Positions 24,584 to 35,706 of a DNA stretch of 64,000 bases are shown one piece after another. The stretch is taken from NCBI GenBank assembly GCA_964036045.1, contig OZ038378.1, forward strand, positions 184,574,001 to 184,638,000, given 5' to 3'. The stretch's first letter is position 1; each line of letters starts with the position of its first letter. A program made the translations under genes and the position numbers. Source of the stretch: Eutreptiella sp. 'Long Island Sound 2002' (taxonomy: Eukaryota > Protista > Euglenida). Under the pieces are notes generated by a model, which saw nothing but the letters and a program-made list of their open reading frames with translations, ran no database searches and was not told the origin of the DNA.

Positions 24584-26184
24584 AAAAATGGAATCGATGG
24601 AATAACTGATGAACATGGATGAACATTGTTTTGAAGGGGAGGTTGTGCATGGCAAAAGAGGGGAGGGATAGTTGTCATGTGGCCAATAACCAAGATCAAA
24701 ATATGGAAATGAGGGAAATGGACAAAAAAAGGATAGATGGACATGAAATAGGAGGGAGAAATGGATGAAAAACACAACTAACATGCTTTTGGTGTGCATG
24801 GATGGAATAACAGATGAACATGGATGAACATTGTTTTGAAGGGGAGGTTGTGCATGGCAAAAGAGGGGAGGGATAGTTGTCATGTGGCCAATAACCAAGA
24901 TCAAAATATGGAAATGAGGGAAATGGATAAAAAAAGGATGGATGGACATGAAATAGGAGGGGAAAACGAAAGTAACATGCTTTTGGTGTGCATGGATGGA
25001 ATAACACATGAACATGGATGAACATTGTTTTGAAGGGGAGGTTGTGCATGGCAAAAGAGGGGAGGGATAGTTGTCATGTGGCCAATAACGAAGATCAAAA
25101 TATGGAAATGAGGGAAATAGATAAAAAAAGGATGGATGGACATGAAATAGGAGGGGAAAACGAAAGTGACATGCTTTTGGTGTGCATGGATGGAATAACA
25201 GATGAACATGGATGAACATTGTTTTGAAGGGGAGGTTGTGCATGGCAAAAGAGGGGAGGGATAGTTGTCATGTGGCCAATAACCAAGATCAAAATATGGA
25301 AATGAGGGAAATGGACAAAAAAAGGATAGATGGACATGAAATAGGAGGGAGAAATGGATGAAAAACACAACTAACATGCTTTTGGTGTGCATCGATGAAA
25401 TAACACATGAACATGGATGAACATTGTTTTGAAGGGGAGGTTGTGCATGGCAAAAGAGGGGAGGGATAGTTGTCGTGGCCAATAACGAAGATCAAAATAT
25501 GGAAATGAGGGAAATGGATAAAAAAAGGATAGATGGACATGAAATAGGAGGGAGAAACGGATGAAAACAAAACTAACATGCTTTTGGTGTGCATGGATGG
25601 AACAATACATGAACATGGATGAACATTGTTTTGAAGGGGAGGTTGTGCATGGCAAAAGAGGGGAGGGATAGTTGTCATGTGGCCAATAACCAAGATCAAA
25701 ATATGGAAATGAGGGAAATAGATAAAAAAAGGATAGATGGACAGGAAATAGGAGGGAGAAACGGATGAAAAACAAAACTAACATGCTTTTGGTGTGCATG
25801 GATGGAATAACAGATGAACATGGATGAACATTGTTTTGAAGGGGAGGTTGTGCATGGCAAAAGAGGGGAGGGATAGTTGTCATGTGGCCAATAACCAAGA
25901 TCAAAATATGGAAATGAGGGAAATGGATAAAAAAAGGATAGATGGACATGAAATAGGAGGGAGAAACGGATGAAAACAAAACTAACATGCTTTTGGTGTG
26001 CATGGATGGAACAACACATGAACATGGCTGAACATTGTTTTGAAGGGGAGGTTGCGCATGGGTCAATGATGGCGAATAACCAAGATCGAAAACGGATAAA
26101 AAAAAGCATAGATGGATGGTGCATGAAACATGAGGGAGAAACGGATGAAAATCAAAACGGACATGCTTTTGGTGTGCATGAACA
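24584..26184 (-). repeat. Right-arm tandem array, 8 monomers, inverted relative to the left arm
   Basis: Eight copies of catgcttttggtg between about 24782 and 26174. Mirror coordinates sum to 48095 for outer monomers and 49095 for inner monomers. Confidence 0.97.
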
Positions 26185-26512
26185 ATGGCAATGTAATGGA
26201 TTTCATCATTTACTTCACACTACTCACTTGTGCTGTGAAAATTTCACGGAAAATTGGTCTACAGACCGCTTTTCACAGTGTTTCGAGGGACGTTTCGAGG
26301 GACTGTAGGCCTGAAATTTGACGCGCGTGCTCGTATCCACAGTATCTGCCTGCGGACCCGTATCTGCTTAGCCATATCCTCCCCGATGCCAAAATCAGCC
26401 TTTCATCCGTAAAATTTTCAGAGAAAATCCAGCCGGAAGGTTTTACTCCCTCCCGCGCAGCGCCGCAAACAGGTGCCGCAAACGCGGGAGGCGCCTGGGC
26501 CCCCCCTACCGG

Positions 26513-26564
26513 TCCGGATAAGCCCTCATCCGGAGAAAACGCGTTTCTCCGGATAACACTTGCG
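26513..26564 (-). repeat. Right outer TIR of the foldback element
   Basis: Reverse complement of 21579-21630 with one mismatch, followed directly by the TSD copy. Confidence 0.95.
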
Positions 26565-26749
26565 ACCGAAATTCCGGTCCGAATTATCGCGCACATCTAT
26601 ATCCCAAGAAATACCTCGCATGCTGTTTGCGTGTGCTTTATTGTAGGAGACGTAAGTCGTTCAAGATCTCTTTTTGGAAAGATTTAAACGCACAGAAGTG
26701 CCTTTCTTGTTCGTCGTTTCGTGACACATAGTGTGCCACTGCGGCCAAG

Positions 26750-26767
26750 CTTGTCTTGTTTTGGCAG
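26750..26767 (+). promoter_or_regulatory. Splice-acceptor-like site 7 nt upstream of the FYR gene ATG
   Basis: cttgtcttgttttggcAG|ttcccca ATG. Confidence 0.45.
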
Positions 26768-26774
26768 TTCCCCA

Positions 26775-29444
26775 ATGAAACTGAACCTGCCGCTGCAGCT
26801 GGGCAACGGCGCGGTGCTTTTGGACACCGGTGTTGTTGACTGGCACCGCCCAGCATACCATTCCGAACGGTACATTTACCCCATCGGCTTCAAAGTCGCA
26901 CGGCTGCAGGATTCCTACATCAATCCACACAAGAAGGTCAACTATTTGTTCGAAGTTATTGACGGGGGCGACGAGCCCGCTTTCCGAGTCACATCGGAGG
27001 ATGATCCGGGAAACCCAGTTGTTGGCAAGCCCTCTAGTAATGTGGCGCAGATTGCGCTGAATCGCATCGTTGATGGGAAGCTAAAGCATGGGCTGCGTGC
27101 CACGTACCGGAAGGCCGTTTCGGGACCACACACGTTTTGCTTCGATCGACGGGAAGTTGTGGAAGCTCTGGCAAGATTGCCCGGTGCAGAAAAGTGCAAG
27201 AAATACGACCAGAGGATCGTGCTATCGAGCGCTGCAATGACTCCATACCAGAGATATCAAGCCCCGAAGACGCTGCCGCCACCAGCTGAAGAGAATGACA
27301 AAGCAGACAACGATGCTTCACGTAGGAGTACAACGCGACAGAGATCCCTGCAAGGGCAGAAGCGGAAAGCCTCGGATGCAGCCGAGTCAGAAAGGAAGCC
27401 GAAGCGGGCCAAGGACGCGGAGCAAGATCGCAAGCCGCGGAAGGAAAAACAGCCTGAAGTCAGGCCAAAACTGGCGGCCAAGGTGGAAAACAAGAGTCGG
27501 CCCGCACAGGTTAATGCAGCAGTGCCCACCCAAGCTCCCCGCGAGGATTTTGGTATGACCAAACTGCTTTCAACTTATTTTAAGGTTGAAGAATCTCGGG
27601 CGGCTTCTGCGGGACCGGGATCGGTTCTCGAGTGCTTGACATTGTGCCAGCCAGCAGAACTGCAGAAGAAGATTTACCAGCAGTGCTTGCAGTGCACCGA
27701 CGAAATTGGAACCTCATCCACTTCCAGCTCACAGAGTAATGTCACGTGTATGCTGCGTTCCGTTTGTGCCCACCCAGAATTAGGACTATCTAGCATCGGA
27801 TCTCTTTCCGCCGATCAACGTGACAAGTTGCTTCGGGAATTTCCGGTGTCTCTTGAAAACGAGTTCTCCCCGAAGTTGATGCTAGATTGCGCGCAAACAA
27901 GAGACAAGTGGATTGCGATGAGTCCCAAGATTTCCGTGTTGAGCACTCTCATCGAGCATTGCTTAGCCGAGGGGGAGTGTATGGTTGTCTTCACGGAGTC
28001 GGATTCTTCGTTTCACGTGGTTGCGAAAGCTCTCGCTGTGCTAAAACGGGATTTTGTAACAATCTCAGAACTCACGACGCATCATTCACTGCTGCACGAT
28101 ATCCTGTCGTTGCCGCAGAACGAGACAGGTCAGTCCGCTTATTCGAAACACATATTTCTGTGTAAGATGGCCAGCGTCCGAGTCCCGTTGTTCTTTGTGG
28201 ATAAAGTTGTGTTCTTTGACGCCCCAGTGGACAAGGTACACGAGCGTCAGGCGATGGTGTCGTGTGTGAATCCGACGACCGGGAAGAAGAAGGTGCATTT
28301 TTACCACCTCGTACTCCTGAAAACCGTGGAGGAAAGATTCTGTGCTGGCTCTTGGTTCATGCATTACTGCGGTGGCACTACTGTGCCGTCATCGGACACA
28401 CCGGAAGTAACGAAAGAACTGTCGTCCAAAGGAGCCTTTCTGTATAGTCCAGAGGACGTTCCTCAATCCAGGATTCGTTCCGTGCAAGACGAGTTCCTTG
28501 GGAAGTTCACTTCTCTTCTGAACATCTTCAGAGCCCCAAGACACGCAGTTGCGAACACCCGGGCTCATGTTGCTGCAGATTATTTCACAGTCCGGTCTCA
28601 TAAAGCACACACACATGAAGTGAGAGCCTCTGATTTGCCGGAAACTTGCGAAGAATTTTTGGCCGCTTTCCCTGCCTCGAAAGATGGGGAGAATGCTCGG
28701 GCGTACACAGGGACTTTAAAATCCCGCTTGGTGTCTGGGCGTGCAGGGAAAGTAAACGAAGCGGTGGGATCAACAGAAGCCAAGGATTCTGACAGAGCAA
28801 CCGGCGCTTGTGACTCAACCGGTGCGAAGACAGCAGATTGTCCCAAAGAAGGCAGCAGTGCTCCCGCGAACGCAGATGAGGCCTCCAGGGTTTGCGACGC
28901 AGCACGAAATTTGTCCCTCCTGGCCGGGCAAATACCTCCGACGAAGCATCATGTCGCATCCCTTCAAAGCAATGCAGACGCCAGTTTCCACCTCCTTCCG
29001 CTGGGCATTGCACACCCCCGGGCTGTGGCAGCGTCGATTGCAGCCGTGAGAGGGATGGTTTTGTTGAGTGAAAAACCTTGCGCCGAATGGCACCAAGATG
29101 CTCTCAGTGATCTCGCCAACTTGCAAAAACGCTCTGAAGAAAGCGAAAGCAAGCCCCCACCAGCGAAAGTTCGCAAAGTTCCTGGTGCCTATTTGTCTCC
29201 TCGAGTCCAGTTTCCCAGTGTGCTTGCTCCGTTGGACACCGAGGAACAGAAGACGCTGGCTGGCTTTCAGAAGCAGCATGGCAAAAGGACAGAGATCCAG
29301 TCCAAGCTGCAACAAATGGAGAAAGGTGTCGGTGAGCAGGAGCTGTCGCTGGATGCCGAGGAAACGAGGCAACGCAGAGTTGTAAAGACTCTTGCCAAAC
29401 GTCATTCAGAACGACGCAGCAAAGGTGCTATTCCGTCAAGTTGA
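26775..29444 (+). CDS. Intronless 889-aa protein: FYRN/FYRC domains, basic linker, degenerate SNF2-family helicase C-terminal lobe, C-terminal coiled coil
   Basis: Long uninterrupted ORF. The N-terminus matches the FYR pattern (YHSERYIYPIGFKVAR...YLFEVIDGGDEPAFRV...SGPHTFCF...EALARLPGAEKCKKY). The middle follows SNF2 lobe 2 order (QKKIY, LRSVCAHPEL, SPKISVLSTLI, VVFT, VVFFD, QA, VHFYHLVLLKTVEE). Confidence 0.9.
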   Translation: MKLNLPLQLGNGAVLLDTGVVDWHRPAYHSERYIYPIGFKVARLQDSYINPHKKVNYLFEVIDGGDEPAFRVTSEDDPGNPVVGKPSSNVAQIALNRIVDGKLKHGLRATYRKAVSGPHTFCFDRREVVEALARLPGAEKCKKYDQRIVLSSAAMTPYQRYQAPKTLPPPAEENDKADNDASRRSTTRQRSLQGQKRKASDAAESERKPKRAKDAEQDRKPRKEKQPEVRPKLAAKVENKSRPAQVNAAVPTQAPREDFGMTKLLSTYFKVEESRAASAGPGSVLECLTLCQPAELQKKIYQQCLQCTDEIGTSSTSSSQSNVTCMLRSVCAHPELGLSSIGSLSADQRDKLLREFPVSLENEFSPKLMLDCAQTRDKWIAMSPKISVLSTLIEHCLAEGECMVVFTESDSSFHVVAKALAVLKRDFVTISELTTHHSLLHDILSLPQNETGQSAYSKHIFLCKMASVRVPLFFVDKVVFFDAPVDKVHERQAMVSCVNPTTGKKKVHFYHLVLLKTVEERFCAGSWFMHYCGGTTVPSSDTPEVTKELSSKGAFLYSPEDVPQSRIRSVQDEFLGKFTSLLNIFRAPRHAVANTRAHVAADYFTVRSHKAHTHEVRASDLPETCEEFLAAFPASKDGENARAYTGTLKSRLVSGRAGKVNEAVGSTEAKDSDRATGACDSTGAKTADCPKEGSSAPANADEASRVCDAARNLSLLAGQIPPTKHHVASLQSNADASFHLLPLGIAHPRAVAASIAAVRGMVLLSEKPCAEWHQDALSDLANLQKRSEESESKPPPAKVRKVPGAYLSPRVQFPSVLAPLDTEEQKTLAGFQKQHGKRTEIQSKLQQMEKGVGEQELSLDAEETRQRRVVKTLAKRHSERRSKGAIPSS

Positions 29445-32400
29445 GGCTTGCCTGTACACAAAAGATCAGAACAGTTGCACATTCCAGCTTTTTGGCTTCA
29501 CTGAAGTCCTGCGGCTGCACGCTTCCTCCAATGGGAAAATGCATTTGACGAATGATTATCAAGTCAGGACCAGGCTGTGCTTCACTCGCAGAAGGACTAT
29601 TCTATCCAGTGTGTGGTGTGTCAGAGCCTACAAAAGAGAAAAAGCAGATCACCTTTCAAGTATCTTCCTGTTCCTCAAGGTTTTTTAATGCTTGATGCGT
29701 GCAGTGGTAAACGTTTCGTGGGGTGTTGTCCGGGCCGGTCGATTGGCTGGCCAACTCGTTTAACCCGCCCCCCCCGCCCCCCTCCACCCTTGCTGGGTCG
29801 ATGATCGTAATTAGGTCAGGTGGGGTGAGGTCCAGCTGACAGGGCGTGTATTTGGCAATGCATGTTCTTCGGTTTTCAAGCTTGCTTTCATGCCCCCCCC
29901 CCCCGTATGAGCTGACTGACAGGATTCTATCAATACAATGCAATGAACTAATTAGCCCCCCCCCCCCCCCCCCCACCATGAGCTGACCAGACAGCCCAAG
30001 AAACATTCGATGACCGCAATGTTGCGGTGAACTCAAGGCAATATTCGGCACTGATCTGAGGAGCGCATGCCTGTGCCCGGGGGGGGGGGGGGGGGATACG
30101 TCAGCTAAGTATCCAGCGCTTCATTCCCCATGCCCATACGAACGGGTGCCAGGTTCCTCGCCGGGGTGCCACAAAGCGAACAAACATCCTGGCTCATGAG
30201 ATGTCTGCTTGAAATCCACGCACGACGTTGGAAGATTACAGTGCAAAAATGCCACAGCTGTTTCTACCTTCATGGTCCACCCCAATACTGCAGATACATC
30301 CCACATATCTGAATTGCTTTCCAGCTAACACTAGGTCTGGTCATGACATCCACGAATACCCCTCCGTACACCGTGTCTTGATGGGTGCATTTGCTGGTGT
30401 ATTCAGAATGAAATAACCGCATTTGGGGACCAGGGCCAAGTCCTCATTATTGGTCGTTGCCATTACATCATCCTTGATTTGGATGCGCCCCTGCTCATGG
30501 CCCAAGCGTGGCAATGTGCTTGGGGGCAAAACAATTGCAGGGTGGGCGGTCGTGGCCTTGGTTCCTTCTTCAGGGGTGGCAGGTTTCTTCTTCAGGGGTG
30601 TCCCCAGCTCTGTGTTTGGGCTGCTTTTTCTTTTGCCAGAGCCTCCTTCATCTTACATTTGTTCAATCAACAAATGGGTGTGTTTCTTCAGAAAGGAGGG
30701 GGCGGGCAAGACTGCTGCACCTGACCCCATAAACCAACCTCCCATTTGGTGAGAGTCGGGTCCGCGTGTCCCTCTCCGTCACATTTTCGCGTGCATTTGC
30801 CTCAGTCCTTTTGGGGGATCTCACCTGCAATGGGTTTGTGGAGAAGGATGGGAAGGATTCCGGGCGGCCCAGTTTTGCACGTCTGGGCATTTATGTGGCA
30901 GGCTGGGCCTGATGTGCTTTGAGGGAAGGGGAGGGGAGCTGCTTGGTCACTGTCAAATCAAGAGACCAGTCTGAGGGCCCCCGTTCTTTGGTCACCCTTC
31001 AATCATTGACCCTCTCCAACACCAGCAGTAGGTAATGCTTTGGTGCCCCCATTTGAACCGATGTTACATTTTTTAATCCTGTGCATAGAGCTCTCTGTGT
31101 AACCACCTGACTTGTTGATAGATGTTGCCACACACGCTGGCTGCACCTGGATCCCTTTATATTTTGGTGAACCAGGCGACCCCTTTCCTCTCTGTGTCCA
31201 CGTGTCCGGAGCTCCGTAATTTGGAGAATGGCAGATTACATATCCAGTTTCCGAGCGAGCGGTTTGAGTGCATTCTGGCCACCAGAATCCATCGGTGCGG
31301 TTGTATTTTCTCGTCTTTTCGTAGATATGTCATGCCCAAGACCTCCCAAGACCTATTGTAGTCTGCTGGCTAGTCCATCCACTGGGAAACTTGCTGACAG
31401 AACAATGCTGCTAATTTTCTTGACCTCAACCCGGCCCCCACCCCTGTGTTTTAGGGTTCTTGATTCTTCTTTTGTTGTCCATCTCCTCCTGGCTTCGCTT
31501 CTGCCGCCCACACACATCCATGTGCAGATCTGCCATGAACGTACCAGAAAAAGGAGAATCAACCCTCTGGGTCCAGACCAGCCCCCCCCCCTTCCCGTCG
31601 CTCTAAAATGGCAACCTAAACATTATGGAATTCCCTCCGTGAAACGTGCACCCACATGCCTACAGGCATCAGGAAAATGTGACCCAGCACTTAAACGTTC
31701 ACAGTTGCATACAATATAAGGCTGCAGGAATTTCCAACAGTGTTGCAGTCCAGCAGCATGGTGACGCGATGTGTTTTTCTGTGGCCTCCAATTTTAACCA
31801 ATGAACAAGGTTAGGAGGAGAATATTTGGTGGTTGAGAATTCTATCCGAGGCTTTTTGATTGTCAGTGATGGGAGCAATTGTGTACCATACAGAAAAATT
31901 GGAGGACTGGCCACTCTGGTGTTTTATGCTTGCTCAGGCAGTATCTGTATATATGCGAACAATGGCAAAGTCCTCTCTTAACCCTTCTTGGATGCAAAGT
32001 TTTAACCGTTCCAGCCGTTCCAGCCCTCGTTTCCCTCCTTTCCCAAATGCATTCATGTTAAAGAAGGAGCGAGACCCATGAATGTTTTGTTTGACTTGCA
32101 GTATATAGATTACATACATTGTGTGCGCTTACAGCTGAAACGGCACAACCAAACTCTTCAAGGTCTGTCTGTAACTCACATCTGCATCGCAACACCGGCC
32201 ACAAAATCTTTGTACGAGAACACTCGCTGGGGAACATTCACACCCATGTTGCCTCCAGTAGCCCTGGATGGGGTCTTTTGTTGCTGTTGCAGCCCTCCCT
32301 GCAGACTACAGCACGACGCTGCTGTCATGGTGGGCAATTCTCACCTCAGATAACCGCCAGTCATTGGCTGTGGTTGCGTGCTGTTGAATGGGGTTAGATG

Positions 32401-32518
32401 GGGTTGGGGGTTATTGGGTGTTGCTGGACAGCGTTGGTTGTTGGTGGAGGTTTTTGGATGTTGCTGTACAGTGTTGGATGGTCTGGGCTGGCATTGGATG
32501 TTTTCGGATGTGTTGGAT

Positions 32519-32609
32519 CGGCGGGCGTCATTTCGTCCTGGGCGGGTGCCACTTGGTCCGGAGCGGGCGTCACTTCGTCCGGAGCGCGCATCACTTTGTC
32601 CGCAGCGGG
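32519..32609. repeat. Short minisatellite, about 4 copies of a 20-21-bp unit (gagcgggcgtcacttcgtccg-like)
   Basis: Direct reading of diverged tandem copies, embedded in a TGTTGGA-rich low-complexity tract. Confidence 0.8.
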
Positions 32610-33170
32610 TGTGTTCCATGGTGTTCCGGGTCATTGGATGGTGCTGGAGGTTGGTTTGTGTTGAAGGACGTGAGAGGTTGGTTAGATGTTGGATCAATTG
32701 GGGGTTTCAAAAGGGGGGGGGGGGCACGTACATACCTCAGATTTCCTTGAGTCCCTTTGTCTTACCGTTTCTACGACATGCTAGCTGGAATGGAGATTCC
32801 AGCAAAGCGAGATCTTCTTGGCCTAAGTGAAAGAATTCTCAGCAGTACTGTGTTTTTTTTTTGTCCTGGGTGTGTTGCTGCTCTCCTTGGCACATCAGTG
32901 TGTATGCACTGGTCTCTGGGTGGTTCTGGGCCCTGCTGTAGAAATGATGCCCAAAAACAAGGTGAATAAGAAATTGGAGACACTCAGGCAGGGGAGCTGG
33001 ATATCAGGATATTTTTATGCAGCAGTTGCTGCAGCCTACTGGCACTGTCCGTGTTCCTTGTGGAATGAGTTCTTTGTCAAACACGGGCTGACATTTATGT
33101 ACATTGTCAAACAAAAATTACGTTCTGGTAACATGACCTGCACTGAATACATGCTCTAAGTGTAGGTGTG

Positions 33171-33171
33171 G

Positions 33172-33227
<56 letters not shown>

Positions 33228-33256
33228 CGCGTGTGTGTGTGTTTGAGTGTGTGAGT
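33171..33256. repeat. Compound (GT)n-(GC)n-(GT)n microsatellite
   Basis: Direct reading. Confidence 0.97.
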
Positions 33257-34462
33257 GTCTTCTGACCTTTACCTGAGGGATGGGAGCACGGAGCGGAGGG
33301 ACAGCTGACCCATTGTGCCCCAAATCCAAAGAATATTGCAGCTCGCATGAGCTTAATGCTCTCCAACAAGCGCCCAGCTGCATCTAACATGAATTTTGTC
33401 TAACTCAAGTTTATGACATTTTCACATTCAGCCTATCTCTTGTGCCAGTGCTCGTTTTTTGTATGCTGGCCTACCATACATAGGGGGAGCGGTAGCGCGC
33501 CGGGCATCTTTTTTTTTACCATTCCCTCGTGCCTGTTTTTGCCCCCACCTCAACAAACAATTTGGAGTACCTTCTCGCCGTGTCTAAGAATTTGGCCCAT
33601 CCTTTGCACCCAGTTTATGACGATGGCAAGGGTGGTGGTTGGAAGTGGTGGGAGTGACATTTTGTGTTGTTGAATTCTCATATTTCGGCTTATACAAGGT
33701 GCCTTGCAGAGAAGGTTTGCGGTCTGGTGCGGTCTACTTGGGGGACTTCCCAAGGTGAGGATAAACTTGGGGCTAGAGATATGATACTTAATACAAAGGT
33801 AGCGCATGGGGCAAACATTCCCCCATGCACCCCACCTGCTGCAAGTGTTATGAACGTCGCAGTTTGAGTATTATTTTTTTAATGAGATCATCCCCCCCCC
33901 CCCCCACATACCACCCTAACAAAACGCTTGCGCACATAATAGAAACACTTCCGGTGATACCCCTCCCTCGTCCGTTGCCCTTCACCCGCAACACAAAGCT
34001 GTGAAACACGGACAGTCTGGGGTCTCTTTTGGCACAACCTACCAAGGGCCACAAGGGGGGGGAGGGCATTCAGTGGTGAGAGGCCGATGGGCACTGCCAC
34101 CTATGGAGGGAGAGAGATCAAGGAAAGGACAAGAGTAAGTGGGAACGCTTCCCCCGCAGCACGCAGTTTGGGTAATTATACCATATTGCAAGCGGAGTAG
34201 TGCTGCATACATACACACATTTTTACATATTGTTTCCCCCTCCACACCACTTTTCCTTCTTTTTTTATTGGTACATTCTCCTTTTTGGGCCTCTTTCTTT
34301 CACAAATGGTGCACTTGATTCCCTACCCAACACAATATGGGCCCACAAGACCACATTGGTCAAGTAGCCTCTTCTCCTTTCGTCCCCGCACTTGGCGTTG
34401 GGGGGCCCCAAGAAGGCGGGGGTTATGGGGGGTGCATTTCGCAAAGTGAGACTATTGGGGCA

Positions 34463-34652
34463 TCTAGCCGTACTAGAAACCCATACTTTGTGATTCTCAG
34501 CGGTGTTGTTTCATAGCAAGTTTTGACGCTTGCATGTTCCACATCGGGGATGTGGCATTTTTGGATTTTCACCCATTTTCACCTAGTTTCACCCTTTTTC
34601 ACACATTTTTTGCTCATTTCCACCACATCCACTCTAGGTTGATTTCTCCCCA
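34463..34652 (+). repeat. Dispersed repeat module with a second diverged copy at 42911-43100
   Basis: Both start tctagccgt(a/c)ctagaa(a/c)ccca and end taggttgatttctccccac. Both loci also carry tagcgcgccgggcatctttttt and aaaggtagcgc...gcaaacattccccc motifs nearby. Confidence 0.8.
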
Positions 34653-34886
34653 CCCACACATTGACACACACATATCACACTGGTCGAGGGGCAACACACG
34701 GACCCACCCCTAGCCTGCACTGTGGGCCTCACCAATGGGGAGCGACCCGACCCGGGGACACCAATGTGGCCATACAGGCTCAACCGGGAGACCTGGTAAA
34801 AATGGTGAAACCGCACACACACACACGCGCAGTTTGCGCATGATTTAAATGTCTTGGGCGTCACACACACACACACAATTTGAGCG

Positions 34887-35706
34887 TTGATTGAAAATTT
34901 TGGGCGTCACGCACACACACACGCACACGCATACACATATGGCCACGTCAGGCGACAAAGACGAGCGAATGGCAAGAGGCGCGCACACACACACATACAT
35001 ACGGACGACCACTGGTCACGAGCGTGCACACACATCAGTACGCGAGAAGACGAGTGCAGACAGAGGGCGCGTGTACAAGATTTTTTGGCAGACCTGTCGG
35101 ATGCGGAGTCCGTGCCAGAATTTCTATTGGACTCCACAAAGATTCATGCCTGGGCAGATGGGTCGGAGATACGGGGTCGGGCAAGATTCGGGTCTTCGGG
35201 CAAGATTCGGGTCTTCTTTCCACATGCAGAATATGATGACATCAGCGAGCCGGTGGTGGGACCACAAACAAACAACAGGGTGGAGGTATTGGCAGTCAGA
35301 GCAAGACTCCGCACTATGCGCAATACCCAAGAGTTGTGCATGTACAGTGACTCTAAGTGGTGTGTCGATGTTTTTTTGTAATGTGCAGTTACATAAACGC
35401 CGCGGTCGGATGGTGAAAGGTAAGTAGCTAGCCAGTCAGGCACCATGATGATATATGGGAGGATATATACCAGTTATTGCAGGACAGGACAGCGCCAGTG
35501 TCCGTCATCCATGTGTATGGGCAGAATAAATTGGTATATAACGAGGCGGGAAATGCCCTAGCTAGGGCCGGGGCAGCAAAGTCATCGGTACACAAAACGG
35601 TACGGCCCAGGGGGCCCACGGAAGATGGACCGAGGGCTAGGAGGCAAAAGCACACAAGAACAAGAGGAATAAAGAGGCAGGCCGCGGTGCTTTTTGAGGG
35701 CGTTTA
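34887..35706 (+). pseudogene. RNase H relic, probably retroelement-derived, frameshifted
   Basis: Motifs HAWADGS, PQTNNRVEVLAV, YSDSKWCV, then in another frame VSVIHVYG..NEAGNALA. Frameshift near 35378; the last catalytic Asp is lost; an 18-bp internal duplication sits at about 35180-35215. Confidence 0.85.

Larger units (their letters stand above)
21579..26564. mobile_element. Non-autonomous foldback-type DNA element, 4986 bp
   Basis: Direct repeat ACCGAAATT at 21570-21578 and 26565-26573; 52-bp TIRs matching at 51/52; inner inverted repeat 21716-24511 / 24584-26379; no transposase ORF. Confidence 0.88.

Noticed and set aside
21971-26124. Many 100-290 aa ORFs in the tandem arrays
   Set aside because: They are products of a stop-poor repeat whose main monomer lengths (194, 202, 205) are not multiples of 3; frames shift between monomers and no domain is recognisable.
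21911-26184. CRISPR array
   Set aside because: There are no unique spacers; whole ~200-bp units are near-identical, and the context is eukaryotic with no cas genes.
21716-26379. Whole palindrome as a pure fold-back read or amplification artefact
   Set aside because: The flanking 9-bp direct repeat, asymmetric subterminal segments, 72-bp unique spacer and arm mismatches are not expected from a simple artefact. Only long reads can exclude it fully.
21706-26390. Inner inverted repeat as a separately inserted element with its own TSD
   Set aside because: The flanks (ctggc on the left, tcccc on the right) share no direct repeat.
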